Assembly (NCBI GenBank): GCA_016748015.1
Contig: JAAOMT010000226.1
Location: 664,604-728,603, forward strand
Direction: 5' to 3'
Origin: Geosiphon pyriformis uo1
Taxonomy: Eukaryota > Fungi > Glomeromycota
DNA: 64,000 nucleotides
How positions within the stretch are numbered: the stretch's first letter is position 1; each line of letters opens with the position of its first letter. Below the pieces are notes generated by a model that saw only the letters and a program-made list of their open reading frames with translations, was not told the origin of the DNA and ran no database searches. Positions 39,836-52,339 of the stretch are shown piece after piece. Position numbers and translations under genes: made by a program.

Positions 39836-41550
39836 TCAAATATTAATTCCAGTTGAAGAGCGAATTTCTGACAAATGGCCGTGCCTCGATAAATCCTCAA
39901 GTTTTCCCTTCCGTCGATTGTACAAAATAAATAAACCTATTCCAGAAACAAGTAAAAATAAAACTCCCCCAAATGTTCCAGCCAAAATTGCAGCATTATT
40001 GTTATTTTTAGTAACAGACGATACATTGATTATAGTTACAGGTGATGGTACATATGATGGCACCCAAGCGTATGCTTGATCCTTTGTATCCATAACGTAA
40101 ACTGAATTTACTAATTTTTCTGGTTCAGCTTGACCTAAGGTAGAAAGTTATTCAAAGCTTACAAATTAGTTTTAAAAAATCTCGAAATGAAAACAGCATG
40201 CTTAAAATATTCAGGAAAAATATCATTTGATTACCAAATGTCACAATCATCTGATTATTATATAATGTTGAGCTATGATGATTTGGTACTTGTTGAGGCC
40301 CATATTGAGGGTTCTGGATGTTTGGTTGTTTCCAAGAAAAGTCTATCGTATCTAAGACAGCCAGTGAGTTTTTTTCTGTTAATAGCGGTTCCGATATTCC
40401 TCCATAAATTATAATGTGCTGGCCATCTGAGTCCGTGAATAAAAGAATAATTTTTAAATAATCGCGCAACTTCTTGTATTATTCAAATGCTTTTCAATCT
40501 TAAATATAAACCTAGAACTGCTGAATGCTTGGCACGAGGTTGAATCATGTCACCTTTGGCGGTCTAAAGGTCAAGTGAAATCGCAGATTAATATTATTAA
40601 ATGTAATGAACTCAAATCTCTCTAGGTTTGAAAATTTGGTACGAAAATTTAAAATTCTCTTACATAATTCGTCCATTCATTTTTAATCGTATTGTATGTC
40701 CAAATCTGTTTGAAAAAATACACCTTCAACCTATAATACCCATTTTAAAATCGATTTAGGGTGAAAGGTTCAAAGCTTACCTGATTAATATCTGAGAATT
40801 TTTCATTCAACACAAAGGTTCCACCAATATAAATAACCCTGCCGTCAGGTAAATATGTAGCAGTAAAGTCGATTTTTGGTTTTGGGGACTTGGAAGGTTT
40901 CGGATCTCGCCATGTGCGTGCCTCAGGATCACATATCCAGGTCCTATTATCATTTGATAGGCCACCCCAAACTACAATTTGACTTGAGTTTGTTATAACA
41001 GCTTGCGTTCCATACCGACCCTGAGGTTCGGATCCACTGAAAGTCAATTCTTCAATTGAAGTATTTTTTGTAAGGCTTGTACTGTTTACATTCGGATTTA
41101 TTTCGAAAACGGCAGAACTAATTTCTTGTGAATCATTAGAGGTTGACTAGAAGGGAGTTAAAAAAAAATTTATGACCTGCACTTTTCAAGGTTACAGCAT
41201 CATTGATAAAGAAATTTATATGAAGCTACCTTTACACCTCCATAAATGTAAATTGATTTATTATCTTTCACAACTGAAGTTGCCAAATTTAGGCCAGTGA
41301 AGTTCTCAAATTTCTTATTAAGAATAAAAGCAGGAGCTGATATGGTAAAATTCACTGAAAGGTCAAGATAAAAAAAATCTTGGTATGTTTGATTTGTAGC
41401 ATCTGCTCCACCAAGAATGTATATTTTATTTTCGATTAGATTTGCTGTATGTCCCCACCTTTTTCCAGGGGTATAAATAGCTGCATGGGTATTTTTAGCC
41501 GCTATTAGAACGCACAATATTATCATTGTTGACTCCAAATATTGAACCAT
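39836..41550 (-). CDS. Kelch-repeat type-I membrane protein (6 exons), probably intact
   Basis: Signal peptide from ATG 41550; RWGHTANLIENKIYILGG, IYIYGG, IVVWGG, VIYIGG, IIIYGG; C-terminal TM AAILAGTFGGVLFLLVSGIGLFILY-NRRK. Several intron positions match the 1234-2946 paralog. One acceptor is shifted (see findings). Confidence 0.82.
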
Positions 41551-42695
41551 TATAAAATATTGAGGATAAAAATTTAGGATTAAAAGATAGTTGAAAATCT
41601 TTATTTGTATAGTTCGATACAACTTGATTTTATAGATGACATACTGGAGTCACGCCGAATACGGACATATACTTTTTGAATAACTTGAACCAATTTCCAT
41701 GAAAATTATATTTGTAACAATATTAAAAAATAGTATTTTCGAGCAAATCTAAATGGAGCAATTCACTTATCCTTTTTGGGAAGATACATTACTTGAGACC
41801 TGTAATTTTATTTAATTGAAAGTTTGTTTTCTTTGAAAATAGGAACAATTACAGCGTACTTGACAAAAGCCTTTTCTGATACGAATGGTCAGAAATGATT
41901 GTGCTCAAAGCTCTCATGTTTGTTCTAGATTGTAAATACAGAAAATTTTAAAAAACCTATAAATAACTCGCTCCTTGAATTCGTATTTGTAAGCAGATCC
42001 ACACTCAAACGCCCAAAAAGTGTTACAAACGGTTTAACTTGACACTTTATTTAGTAAAGCCAATATAACTTTCAACTTTCCAAAAGTTGTGATCATGTCA
42101 AAAGGTTTTCTTGACATGCAACAAAAACCTAAATTGAAGTTTTGTTTTGATTTCTATCAAGAATCAACATTCTATTAAAAAAAAACTTTGTCCATAAAGC
42201 AAATAATTTTTTAAACCAATTTTTCTAGAAAAAGGCAGCAAAAGATTCTTATCAAGTCTGTATTTAATCCAAGACGTCTAAAGCTGGAATTCTGACTCCA
42301 ATTACTCGGTTTCTCTAATTGTAATCACAGACTTACATATTTTAAACCCGTTAATCGTTTGCTAACCCACTGTGTTAAACTTTAATTTGGATATTTAACA
42401 TGAAGGCAGCTTGAACTCGGAGGAGTTTCCATAGTAACAAAATATTTCTCCAAAAAATTTTCTTGCCAATTTTATGTCTTTGGCATTTTGGTGGTTGCAG
42501 TTCTATCAATTACGTAATTTTGAACCATTGTTTCTCGACCAACAGGTAATATTTTAAGGGTTTTAACTTTTAATTTTAAAGCCATTTCTGTTGTAGTATT
42601 ATGGAGCACAAAACCTACATTTTAAATTATTAGATCTTAATTAGTTTTAATGATCGATATTTCATTGGTCTGAAATTTTCCTAAACAAGGAATTA

Positions 42696-43964
42696 TTATT
42701 TTTTTTGCCCACAGAAGCGATGAAAAATATAATGAGTATTCATTTCATCAGCTTCTCGTTCCATTGTTTCAAGAAGTGCATCAAGATGTTCAAGTGTTAT
42801 GTTCATAAAAGTTGCCAAGAATACTCTCACACCTCTAGTTCCTTCCATTACAAATTCCAATGCCTAAAAGAGACAGCATTAAATTTGCATAAAGTAAAAT
42901 GCAGAAAATCTTTGAGGTTACTAACCACTTTTCCCCAAACATCTCCCCGATTCCCAAGTGGAATCTCAACCTCTTGATGAATAATTTGTTGAAATTTTGA
43001 GGTTTTTTTCATGATTTCTTCAAGTTTGTTGACAATACGATAGTCAATTCCCTTTGAGGATAAAAGCCTTGATCCTATTTTGTGTAATTCTTAAATTGAG
43101 TTTGAAAACTTTTTGATTTATATATTATTAAATGATTGTTTTCACTCTACCTGCATTAATGACTCTTCGAGTAACTTCTCCTTCAGTTTTTATTTCTCCA
43201 TCAGGCTCGAGTAGTTCAACCCATCCACCAGGTTTTGCTAATCTCAATAGTTCATTAATAACTACATTCTCCCATTGATTTTGTGTAAACGCGGCGGAAA
43301 GAAGTCGCTGGTGAACAAAATCAAATATATCGTCTTCAAAGGGTAAACCATCTAATATATTGCATTCTAAAAATTGAACATTTTCAGGGAGACGTTCTCT
43401 TGGAAATATCGGTGACATATCAATTCCAAAAAATTTAACATGGGGATATAATTTTGCCATTTCCAAAATCCAATTTCCTGTACCGCATCTAGAATAAATT
43501 TAAATGTATTTTATTTAAAAAAGCTAAAGCCTGGAAGCTTCAGCGTGGATTTAAACCTCAGCTTTTCAAATTCTCTCTTTTCACTTCCAAAGATTCAACA
43601 GTTAAAGAAGGCAAAGTTACAAACCCAACATCCAAAACGTTCACTTGGCGACCGGTTGTAAGCAGTTCTTCGATTGGAGAACCAAAATTTCCTTTGAAAA
43701 AATGCTTGATAAAAAAATTGCTTTTATTTAACCGAATAGATTCAATATCATCATTCGGAACCTTTATAATGGAAAGGAAGTTTCAGGATTTTGCATATAA
43801 TCCAAGACCAAAATCAGGTTTCATATGTTGCATATTCAAAAGATTACATAGTATTGCGAGTTTGGTATATTATGGTAACGGCGTCCTTCGAACGTACGAT
43901 AACGTAGATTGTCGCGAAGACTGCTATCTTCATTTTGAATTGCCCTACAACAGCATATACCCAT
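42696..43964 (-). CDS. LaeA-like SAM methyltransferase, copy 2 (5 exons), inverted paralog of 5338-6602
   Basis: ATG 43964 MGICCCR; GRRYHN; LDVGCGTG; KPGGWVELLE; same four introns as copy 1; stop TAA at 42696-42698. Confidence 0.88.
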
Positions 43965-44499
43965 CGTTAGAATCGTAATATTATGGGCTCGAATTAAAAG
44001 ATGATTTTATTCATGCTTTTGTGTGTGAAACCTTAATTTAATTGATTGTCTGCTGCATAAAGTTTTATCTATTTCAAGCAGAAATGAAACCAAATATTTT
44101 TAACTCTTTAAACTTTATTTTGCCTTCTTTTGTCATCGGGCACTTAAATTTCGGAATTTCTGAAAATTTTGCTTATTTGACCAATGGAACTTCCAAACAA
44201 TCATTTTCAAAATCTTCTGCCCTTATAGTTTACACCGTTTTTTAAATCTCATGGTGGATTTTATGAGAAAAAAAATTTTGAAGTCTAAAATTCAATCTGA
44301 AGTCAAGGCCTTTAGATTTGAATTCAGGGTCATTTTGGTTTCGAAAAATTTAAACCTTATCTATCATAATGTACACTTTTGTAAAATGATACTATGCTGT
44401 ATCATCTTTAGATTCTTTGAGTTAATATTTCTATTACCCAAAAATATAATTTTTTGCAAATATAATGATTGACTCTGACTAAGAGGTCTAAATTTGATT

Positions 44500-45420
44500 T
44501 ATATTCCTCCCCTTGTTATGCCAGGAAGTATTAAATTTTCAGACTTACATATCGCTGATTCGAAAAGTAATAATTTTATGTGAGATGTAGATAGATGGCC
44601 AGTTGGAACAACTTCAATTGTAAGCGAGAAATTTGGAGAAGAGTTTTCCTTAATATTTTTCGTTTTGGTCGCCTTATATTCAAGAACAAAACCATCGTTC
44701 ATCCATAAATAATAGACATTAGGCAAAAGAGATTTTGATATATATAATTTTGAATATTATCCTAAAACCGTTTCGAATTTGTCTTTGATTAAAGGCTTAT
44801 GCAGATTTATCAAATCTTCTTTTAGCAACAAGGGAAAAGGAATCATTTATAATAGATTTTTTATGAAGATGTCCCCAGGAATTATTTCCAATTATGAAAA
44901 GACTGACATGATTTTCAAGCCAAATTACATTTATATCCACCAAAGGTCATATTATTTTAATTCTTGTTTACACATTTAAAGTGGTTTTTGAATTTAAATA
45001 AATAAATATGAATTTCTAGAAATAATTGATAGCCAATAGAAAAATATCTATTACTCAGGATAAAATGAATGTCTGACCAACACCTTTTTCCAAGAGCCCC
45101 ACGTTTCTTCGTTACATCAATATTGCACACCATAGTAATTTTACCCTCCAGTAGAAGGGAAAATAGGTCGTCCAAACCATGCTGGAAAAATTTTCTAATG
45201 ATACCTTTCATGTTACTCCAAGATCTTGTGCTTTCGAAATGGCTAACTTTTTTCTTTATTGTCACCAGCTTGGGTAAGACGTTAAATGCATTCGGTGTAT
45301 GGATAATAGCCTTCAGCTTGCGCAGAATTTCTTCAAGTCAGCAGTTTGGTCATGAGACCTCGAAATACATTTGTTCGGTCAATTTTTTGGAAAAGATTGA
45401 AGTATTTCTGTTTGGAGATT
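44500..45420 (-). pseudogene. Degraded coding relic, possibly with an F-box-like N-terminus
   Basis: NLQTEILQS(fs)FQKIDRTNVFRGLMT... resembles an F-box start; many stops and frameshifts. Confidence 0.25.
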
Positions 45421-45672
45421 TAAAGGAAATAATCTATTCTAATTTTAAAGAAAACATCAAACCAATCTAACTTTTATACCTGCTAACACGATTGAAAGAA
45501 CATATATTGAAATCTACTTATTAAACTTTATCGTTCAAAACAAGTTCAGCCTTCATGAATAACTTCTATAATGAAATGGATGATTTATTATGACTATTGT
45601 AATTATATGGACATATTTTGCAGAAATATGAAATTTTAAAAAGAAACAATATCATCCATATTTTTTGATATA

Positions 45673-47698
45673 TCACCAAAATCCCCATCTACTTGCTAAG
45701 CCAATAATCCTTGATTCTTCTTTTTTCGTTTCTTTTTCTCCAAACCTTAAACTCTCCCGGTCAACAGCTTTCTTGGCTTGAGATAAAATTTCGGTATCTT
45801 CTTCACTACCAATAAAGTAGCCACACATATACTTCAAACCATCTCGGCTTGAAATTGTATTCTTTCTAATTTTTTCGAGCTGAATCGCAATTGTTTCTAA
45901 GTCGGCTTTTGCTCTATGCAATTTATTCATTCGTCCTTTTATTTCATCAACATAAATCAATCGGTTGGCGAGATTCATATTTTTTGTAATCGCATGGAGT
46001 TGCTGAATATAGGTTTTCACCGTGTCCATAAAATGGGGTGAGTCAGTGTATTCCGAATCCCACTCTCTTCTATCTTGCACATACTGTTGCAAAGAGGCAT
46101 CAAGCGTTTTCAAAGTTTCCCCAAGAGCTTTCTCCAGCATTGAAAACTCTGTTATAGAATCTTTCAACACTAAACTCAATGCCTCAGTATTTTCACCACA
46201 TTTTAGAGCTTCTTCGATTGGCACAAGGTCTTTAAGCTTTTGGAGATTTTGAGATAGACTCGTAAAGAAAGCGTTGGCTTTTACTTGGAGTCCAGCAAGT
46301 TTATCACCCGCACTGAAGACCTTATCCCCTGATAAATCAAGGTAAGATTTAAGTGACTCTTGATATTGAAGAGCTTGATGCGTCTTGATAGTGTCTCGAA
46401 GTGTGTGGAAGGAAGAACGAAGATCCAAAATCGTTGCGGAAGCTTCATTAAATGCAATATTTATTTTTACAATGCATCAAATATTCTGAAACAAAATTAA
46501 GACTCTACTACAAACCTGGAATATCGGCATTTCCCAATTTAACCGCTAGATTTATCGTCTCATTAGCAAATTCTTTAAAAATTGGTCTAATTCTTAGCTG
46601 TTTCAAAAATTATTATCAGTATAAAGGTGAAGAGTCCTCAAATCCACACTTGACATTGAAAGATCTCGAAACAAAAAAGATACTCACTTCTGGTGCTGTC
46701 TCCTGAGAAAATTCAGACCACTGAAGATAAATAAATCAATACAAATTAATATTAAAATCTTCCCAAGTCTCAAATATTATGTTTAAGCAGATATCTCACC
46801 TTTTGTTTAAGCAAGGGAAAATAAGACGATATACCAAAAGCAAAGAGAAAAAGTAGTATTGTCATTACACGGTAGGAACGGCTAAAAATTCCGTTTCTTT
46901 CTATCTGCCGATCAACTTGAGGTACTTCACTGTCAATTCTTGTTTTCTCCTGTGAAAAATCATTTAATTGAGTCTGGTTTTTAATATGCTGCGCCAGTGG
47001 GGCTTCTTTTGATTCTTCTTTGTCAAGACGACTCCTAGAAAAGTCTGTATCTTGAAAACGACTATCTTCTTTCGTCGAATAAGGAACGTCAAGATTTGCT
47101 GGCACCTCAAGCATTTTAAAAACTTCTTTAGTATTTGGGTCGATAAATGAACTTTTTTTGTTCAAATCTTCAAGGCTATTGCTATTGACGAGTGACGGAA
47201 GTTTTGAATAAGATGATGATGGTGATATGCCAGCAGCATTATCAGTCGTGCCGTTATATTCAGGTTCTAAAATTGGTTTCTTCAGAGTTAAATGGTCAGC
47301 ATGTTGTTGGTTGTCAAAAGTTTGGTCTGGCTCGGAGTTCGATTTTGGGGCATAGCCTGGGGTAAATTGTTCATCTGACTGGGAAGCGATTTTATCATCA
47401 TTGGTTTCGTGAATCTTCTCTGGATTCAATTCCTACGATCAATAATCTTGTTAGGATGAGGCGAATTTTTGTCGTCTTAGGAAGATTAATTTCTCCAAAG
47501 ACAATTGCTTTTCAAGAGGTCACCAACCTGATTTTGATCAGCATCAACCTCATCCTTGAGAGTGAAATCTTTGTCGTGACCGAGGTCACCTTTGTCGGCT
47601 GGCGTTGAAGAAAGGGAGAGCGAGAGTAAATCAGGTTCCTGAGCTTTCAAGCCAGGATTTACATGGGTCGATTCTAAATTGGGAATTTCTTGGCTCAT
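45673..47698 (-). CDS. Hypothetical protein: acidic disordered N-terminus, single TM helix, helical/coiled-coil C-terminus (multi-exon)
   Basis: ATG 47698 MSQEIPNL; GT-AG introns (47527-47433; donor at 46799; others) link the ORFs; TM VMTILLFLFAFGISSYFPLL; long helical last exon ending SRWGFW. Confidence 0.7.
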
Positions 47699-50279
47699 CT
47701 TGAAAAGAAAGCTTTTTTGAAAATTGGAGAATAAAATCAAACAAAATGTGTTAGGCTTTTTACAAATGGTCGTAATTGCAGAGCAGTTTTTACTCATGCA
47801 TGCATTTGCATTATTTTATCTTTACGATTGCCCACGTTTCAGGTTTCTCTATTTAAAGACAAGAGTCAAAAATCATGTGGTTAGTTAGTGTTTATCGCTG
47901 ATCAGGTTAATCAAATCAAACATAATCTTGTGACATCAATGACCTAAGCTTCGAACTTCTTGAAAACTTTTTCCAAATACTTTTAACCCTCCTTTTTAAT
48001 TCCTTGTCTATTTCTGCCCTTTACTACTTGTAATCATAAATTTGATTAAAGGGATAAATATTCAAATAAATATGAGGCTTTTACTTCAATCAGAAAAACA
48101 GAGATGAATCTCAAATCAAAGGGTTTCATAAAGTAAAATTTATTTTGTCGTTACATACAAACATTTTAGTTGTGGGATTTTTATTAATATATGCAAATTT
48201 TATAACCATTCCAATGATGTCAGTGATTAATTGGTAACTGTAAAAATAAATATTGAAAAAAATAAACATTTTTGCCATTACATTCTAAACTAGTTATTAA
48301 TTAATTATAAATCTTCCATTTTTTAATTAACTTACCATAGCAAAAAAGTATGAAAAGTAGTGAAAAACTCTTATGTAATAATTAAATGTAGAGCTATACT
48401 CAAACTTTATCATGCAAGTATTATTGTTTACTCATAATATTTAAAATCTTTCGTATGCAGAGAATTTTCTTAGATATCGTGGTGGTCTGTTACTCTGTTA
48501 TTTAATTATCTACTTTGTATAACATGTTATTGCTTTCAAGCAACTATAGCGATTATTCTGGAATTGGTAATTCACAGATGAAGGTCGGGAAATATGTTAT
48601 AACTCAATTTATAATGAAATTAACTTGTCCATCATGATTTGCACTTGCTTTCTTTTTAAAAAAAAGCCAATTTTGGTATGCAGAGGAAATAGCATTTTTA
48701 TTCTATGTTTTCATTATGTATTATTATCACCATTCTTCTAACTTATTTCCCTTTGGTAATCATTATTGCCGCGTTCTACGTTGGTTCACTCAAAGTCTCC
48801 GGTTATATATAAACTTTCAGACCTTAAATGGCTAGATTAAGCAAAAATAGTTATGCTTGGTCAGTTTAGCCCAACAATCTGAGTTGAATTCAAGTTTTTG
48901 TACTTGTAAATTTAAAATTTTTTTGAGAAATCATTCAGATAACGAATGCCTATTTTAGAATCGAAAATTTTTATTTGACAGTTTCTTTTCTGCTTGAAAT
49001 AATCATTGAGTGCTTTTTGTGGGCTTCTTTGAAATAATTTCAAACCTTGTCGTTATGGTAAAGCAAATGAACTTTCTGAAAATAATCGACATTCAAACCA
49101 AGATGATGTTTCATATCTTCATAAAAAAGAAAATTGGATTCAAATTACCATTCCCTTTAAAAAAATATGTTTCCCTATTATGGTTTGTTTATGTACAGCA
49201 AAGATATTTGGGATGACTTTAAAAATCATTAAAATCAAATGAATGCAAAACAGATAATAAATTCTGTGAATATTCAGTATGGGTGGATGAGTTTTAAATT
49301 TAATATTAATTATGATATTCAGAAGACCAAAAAAAATTGCAAAACACTAACACTATGAATTTTTAATTAAAAAGTGTTTTTAAAAAAAATAGTATTGTTT
49401 TATTATCAAACAATAAATATTTTGAAAAATAAGTAAATATTTCAAAAACAAAATTTCTATCAGATAATATTCAAATTACATTTACAATTGTTTTTCAATT
49501 GATTAATCAAATACAAAGTGTATGTATATTCATAATCTGTCACTGTAATCTAAATTTTTAAATTTTAATTATAAAAGGTTTTCTTCCAAGTAACTTAATG
49601 AAGTCACAAATAAAAGTCAAAAAATAACAGAATTATCATTCTAAGTCATCAAAATGTGTGAAAAGCTATAATTTCGTCTAAAGATTAATACTAATATAAT
49701 AAAACAAATATTCTAAAGTTGGTTTTATATATTTTTACTATCAAAGAAAAAGGTTTCATTGCAAACTATCCAATTTATCATGCAACAAAAGGAATTACTT
49801 TTGAATATAAATAACACATATACTGTATATGTGGTATTTGGAAAAGCTAAAATTGATCATAATATTACTAAAAAGAGCCAACTGAAATAACATATCTCTA
49901 CTTAGAGAAAATAGCTCTATTGTTGTATTTTGTTGAATCATTTGCAGAAGCCAATAATAGTAATTGTACAAGTAAAAAAGATAAGGTTTTTGATTAAGGG
50001 TAGGAAGTACTTTTTGAAGATAATATTTTTGTTATGATATCTTGAAAATATTTTTAATTAATTAAAGTTTGAACTTTTCTTATACACTTTTTTAATAAAA
50101 CCTAAGCGATAAAATAAAGAATTTCTTAAGTATACAGGAACTCTTACTGACCGATATTAATCGCGGCATCCTTCCAGAAAAGGCCGACGTGTAAATGTTA
50201 CATGTATTTTTGTTTATCCCTGATGTCACACAACCTCTTATTCTTTCCAGTTTTATCTTTTCACCTACCTAATACACCC

Positions 50280-50902
50280 TAGCTCCGTAAAGTCGAAGGG
50301 TGAAGTTGTTAAGTACTTTTGACGCAATGGTCACCGTAGTGCAACCGAAATTGCCAACTCACTGGTGTTCCCTTCGCTCCTGTCAAAGTTAAGTCCCTCT
50401 ACTTCACAAAAACGGCTAAATTCCGGACATTATCGTCCTGGTCGCTCGCAAGCTTAATTATTGCAAACGTCGCCAGATTGGCAAAATCATTTCGTTACAG
50501 CAGCCGAATTTAAAACGCTCAAACAATTACATACAGGGTTCGAGGTCGGCAAATAAACTGTCCGGGACAAACTTTCAAGGCTTAGATACATTGCCATTGT
50601 GCCCAAGCATGTCCCTCACCCCCAATAATGTGGGTTATGCCCTCAAGCAAGACTTCCATTTCGTATTTTGCCGTGGCCATTATATAGTCCAGACCTCAAC
50701 CCCATTGAGAATATTTGGGTTGTTTCGAAGCATAATGTAGAGAAAAAAGGGCAACAAAAAACTTTGTTTAAAGAGGTCTTATTAGGCTAGTAAAAAAGAA
50801 TGAGCAAACCTTCCAGAAGAGGTGATACCTACTAATATTCATAGCATGCCTGCCCGTATTCAAGCGTGTATAAATGCAGAAGAAAGCCATAATGTTTATT
50901 AG
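50280..50902 (+). mobile_element. Tc1/mariner transposase relic 3 (internally deleted)
   Basis: NGHRSATEIA HTH-like start; LPWPLYSPDLNPIENIWVVSKHNVE; IHSMPARIQACINAEESHNVY*. Confidence 0.85.
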
Positions 50903-51489
50903 TTTTTATATATCAGTGGTGCAAAAATATATATTGAAGTTCTTTGGCTATTTTTTGTTCTTATTCAATAATTATAATTTTAGCAAAAAAAAATTATTTT
51001 GCTTAAAAGTATTTTTTTATAAATTATTTCATAAATGGTTTAAAAGAAACTAAGTTATTAAAATTCATTAATTTTGATTTTACCAATAATAAAAATGTAT
51101 TTTAAATTTTTGACTTCTTTAAAAAAATTTACTGTTAAAGAATATATATTTAAATTTTCATTTTGTTTGAATGATTGCTTGTTGTATAAAAACAAAAATA
51201 ATCAAACAAATTTTTTTTTGCACCAATTTGAATTTTAAATTGCCAATTATAATTTCAAGTTAATAATAAAAATTAATTTTTAATTTTGATGTTCTTGATT
51301 TAAATCTCAACTGATAATATCGATAAAAATAATAATTAAAAAACTGGCTAATTGAATGCCCAATAAATCTTATGAAAATATTTTTAATTACTATAATATC
51401 AATTTATTTTTAAAAAATGATATTTGCTAACTAAAATACAGTGAACTTTAATATTGATAATTTCGTTTTATTTTTGATATAAAATAATA

Positions 51490-51524
<35 letters not shown>

Positions 51525-51638
51525 CATTTTATAATAATTGTTTATAAACAAAATTTAGTTTTATCACAAAAAATATTTTTGTCGTTACTTTTTCATTCAA
51601 AAAATACCAATAATAAAAGGAATACAACTTTATTATTA

Positions 51639-51711
<73 letters not shown>

Positions 51712-52339
51712 GTCTTTTTTAACTTAATGATTTTAAATTTTTTTATCAAATTTATCATAATTCTATGATAAAGCTTTTTAATCAATTTTAAATTATTTTA
51801 ATGAACAAACAAATATATTTTATTAAATAATAAAAATATGTATATTTTGTATTTAATTATAGGATTAATACATATGTAACAACTTCGATTAGTCATATGA
51901 TATAATATTAAATATGATATTTTTATTGGTTAAAATAATATCATATAGATAATAATATGTCATAAATTATAATATATAATGTAACTATTCACATTTTGTC
52001 ATGTAACTTCCAATTTTTTACTTCAAAACAGTTTTCAAAACTTTAAAAAAATGCGTGTTTTATGAAAATGAATATAAAACTATGTATACAAGGTATAAAC
52101 TATATTTTTTAATATTATAATTAATATTATGAATAATCTTTTTATTAAATTGGTTCATATATTATATTAAATCAAATATTTGATATAAGAAAAAATATCC
52201 TAATTACCTTTAAAAGAAAGTATGTATAAAATAATTATAAAAAATATAAGTTTATATGTTTAAATTATTTTTATTTCTAATTTTTAATTTAAAAATTAGT
52301 AAAATTGCCTTATTAAGTACTTCAAAATTATATAAATAA

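Noticed and set aside
42705-42977. Similar ORF pair 6312-6593(-) and 42705-42977(+)
   Set aside because: Antisense shadows of methyltransferase exons 4-5.
1234-43964. Simple inverted segmental duplication of a kelch + methyltransferase cassette
   Set aside because: Gene order differs between the ends, the kelch genes are highly diverged and intergenic DNA does not align; only the methyltransferases are close.
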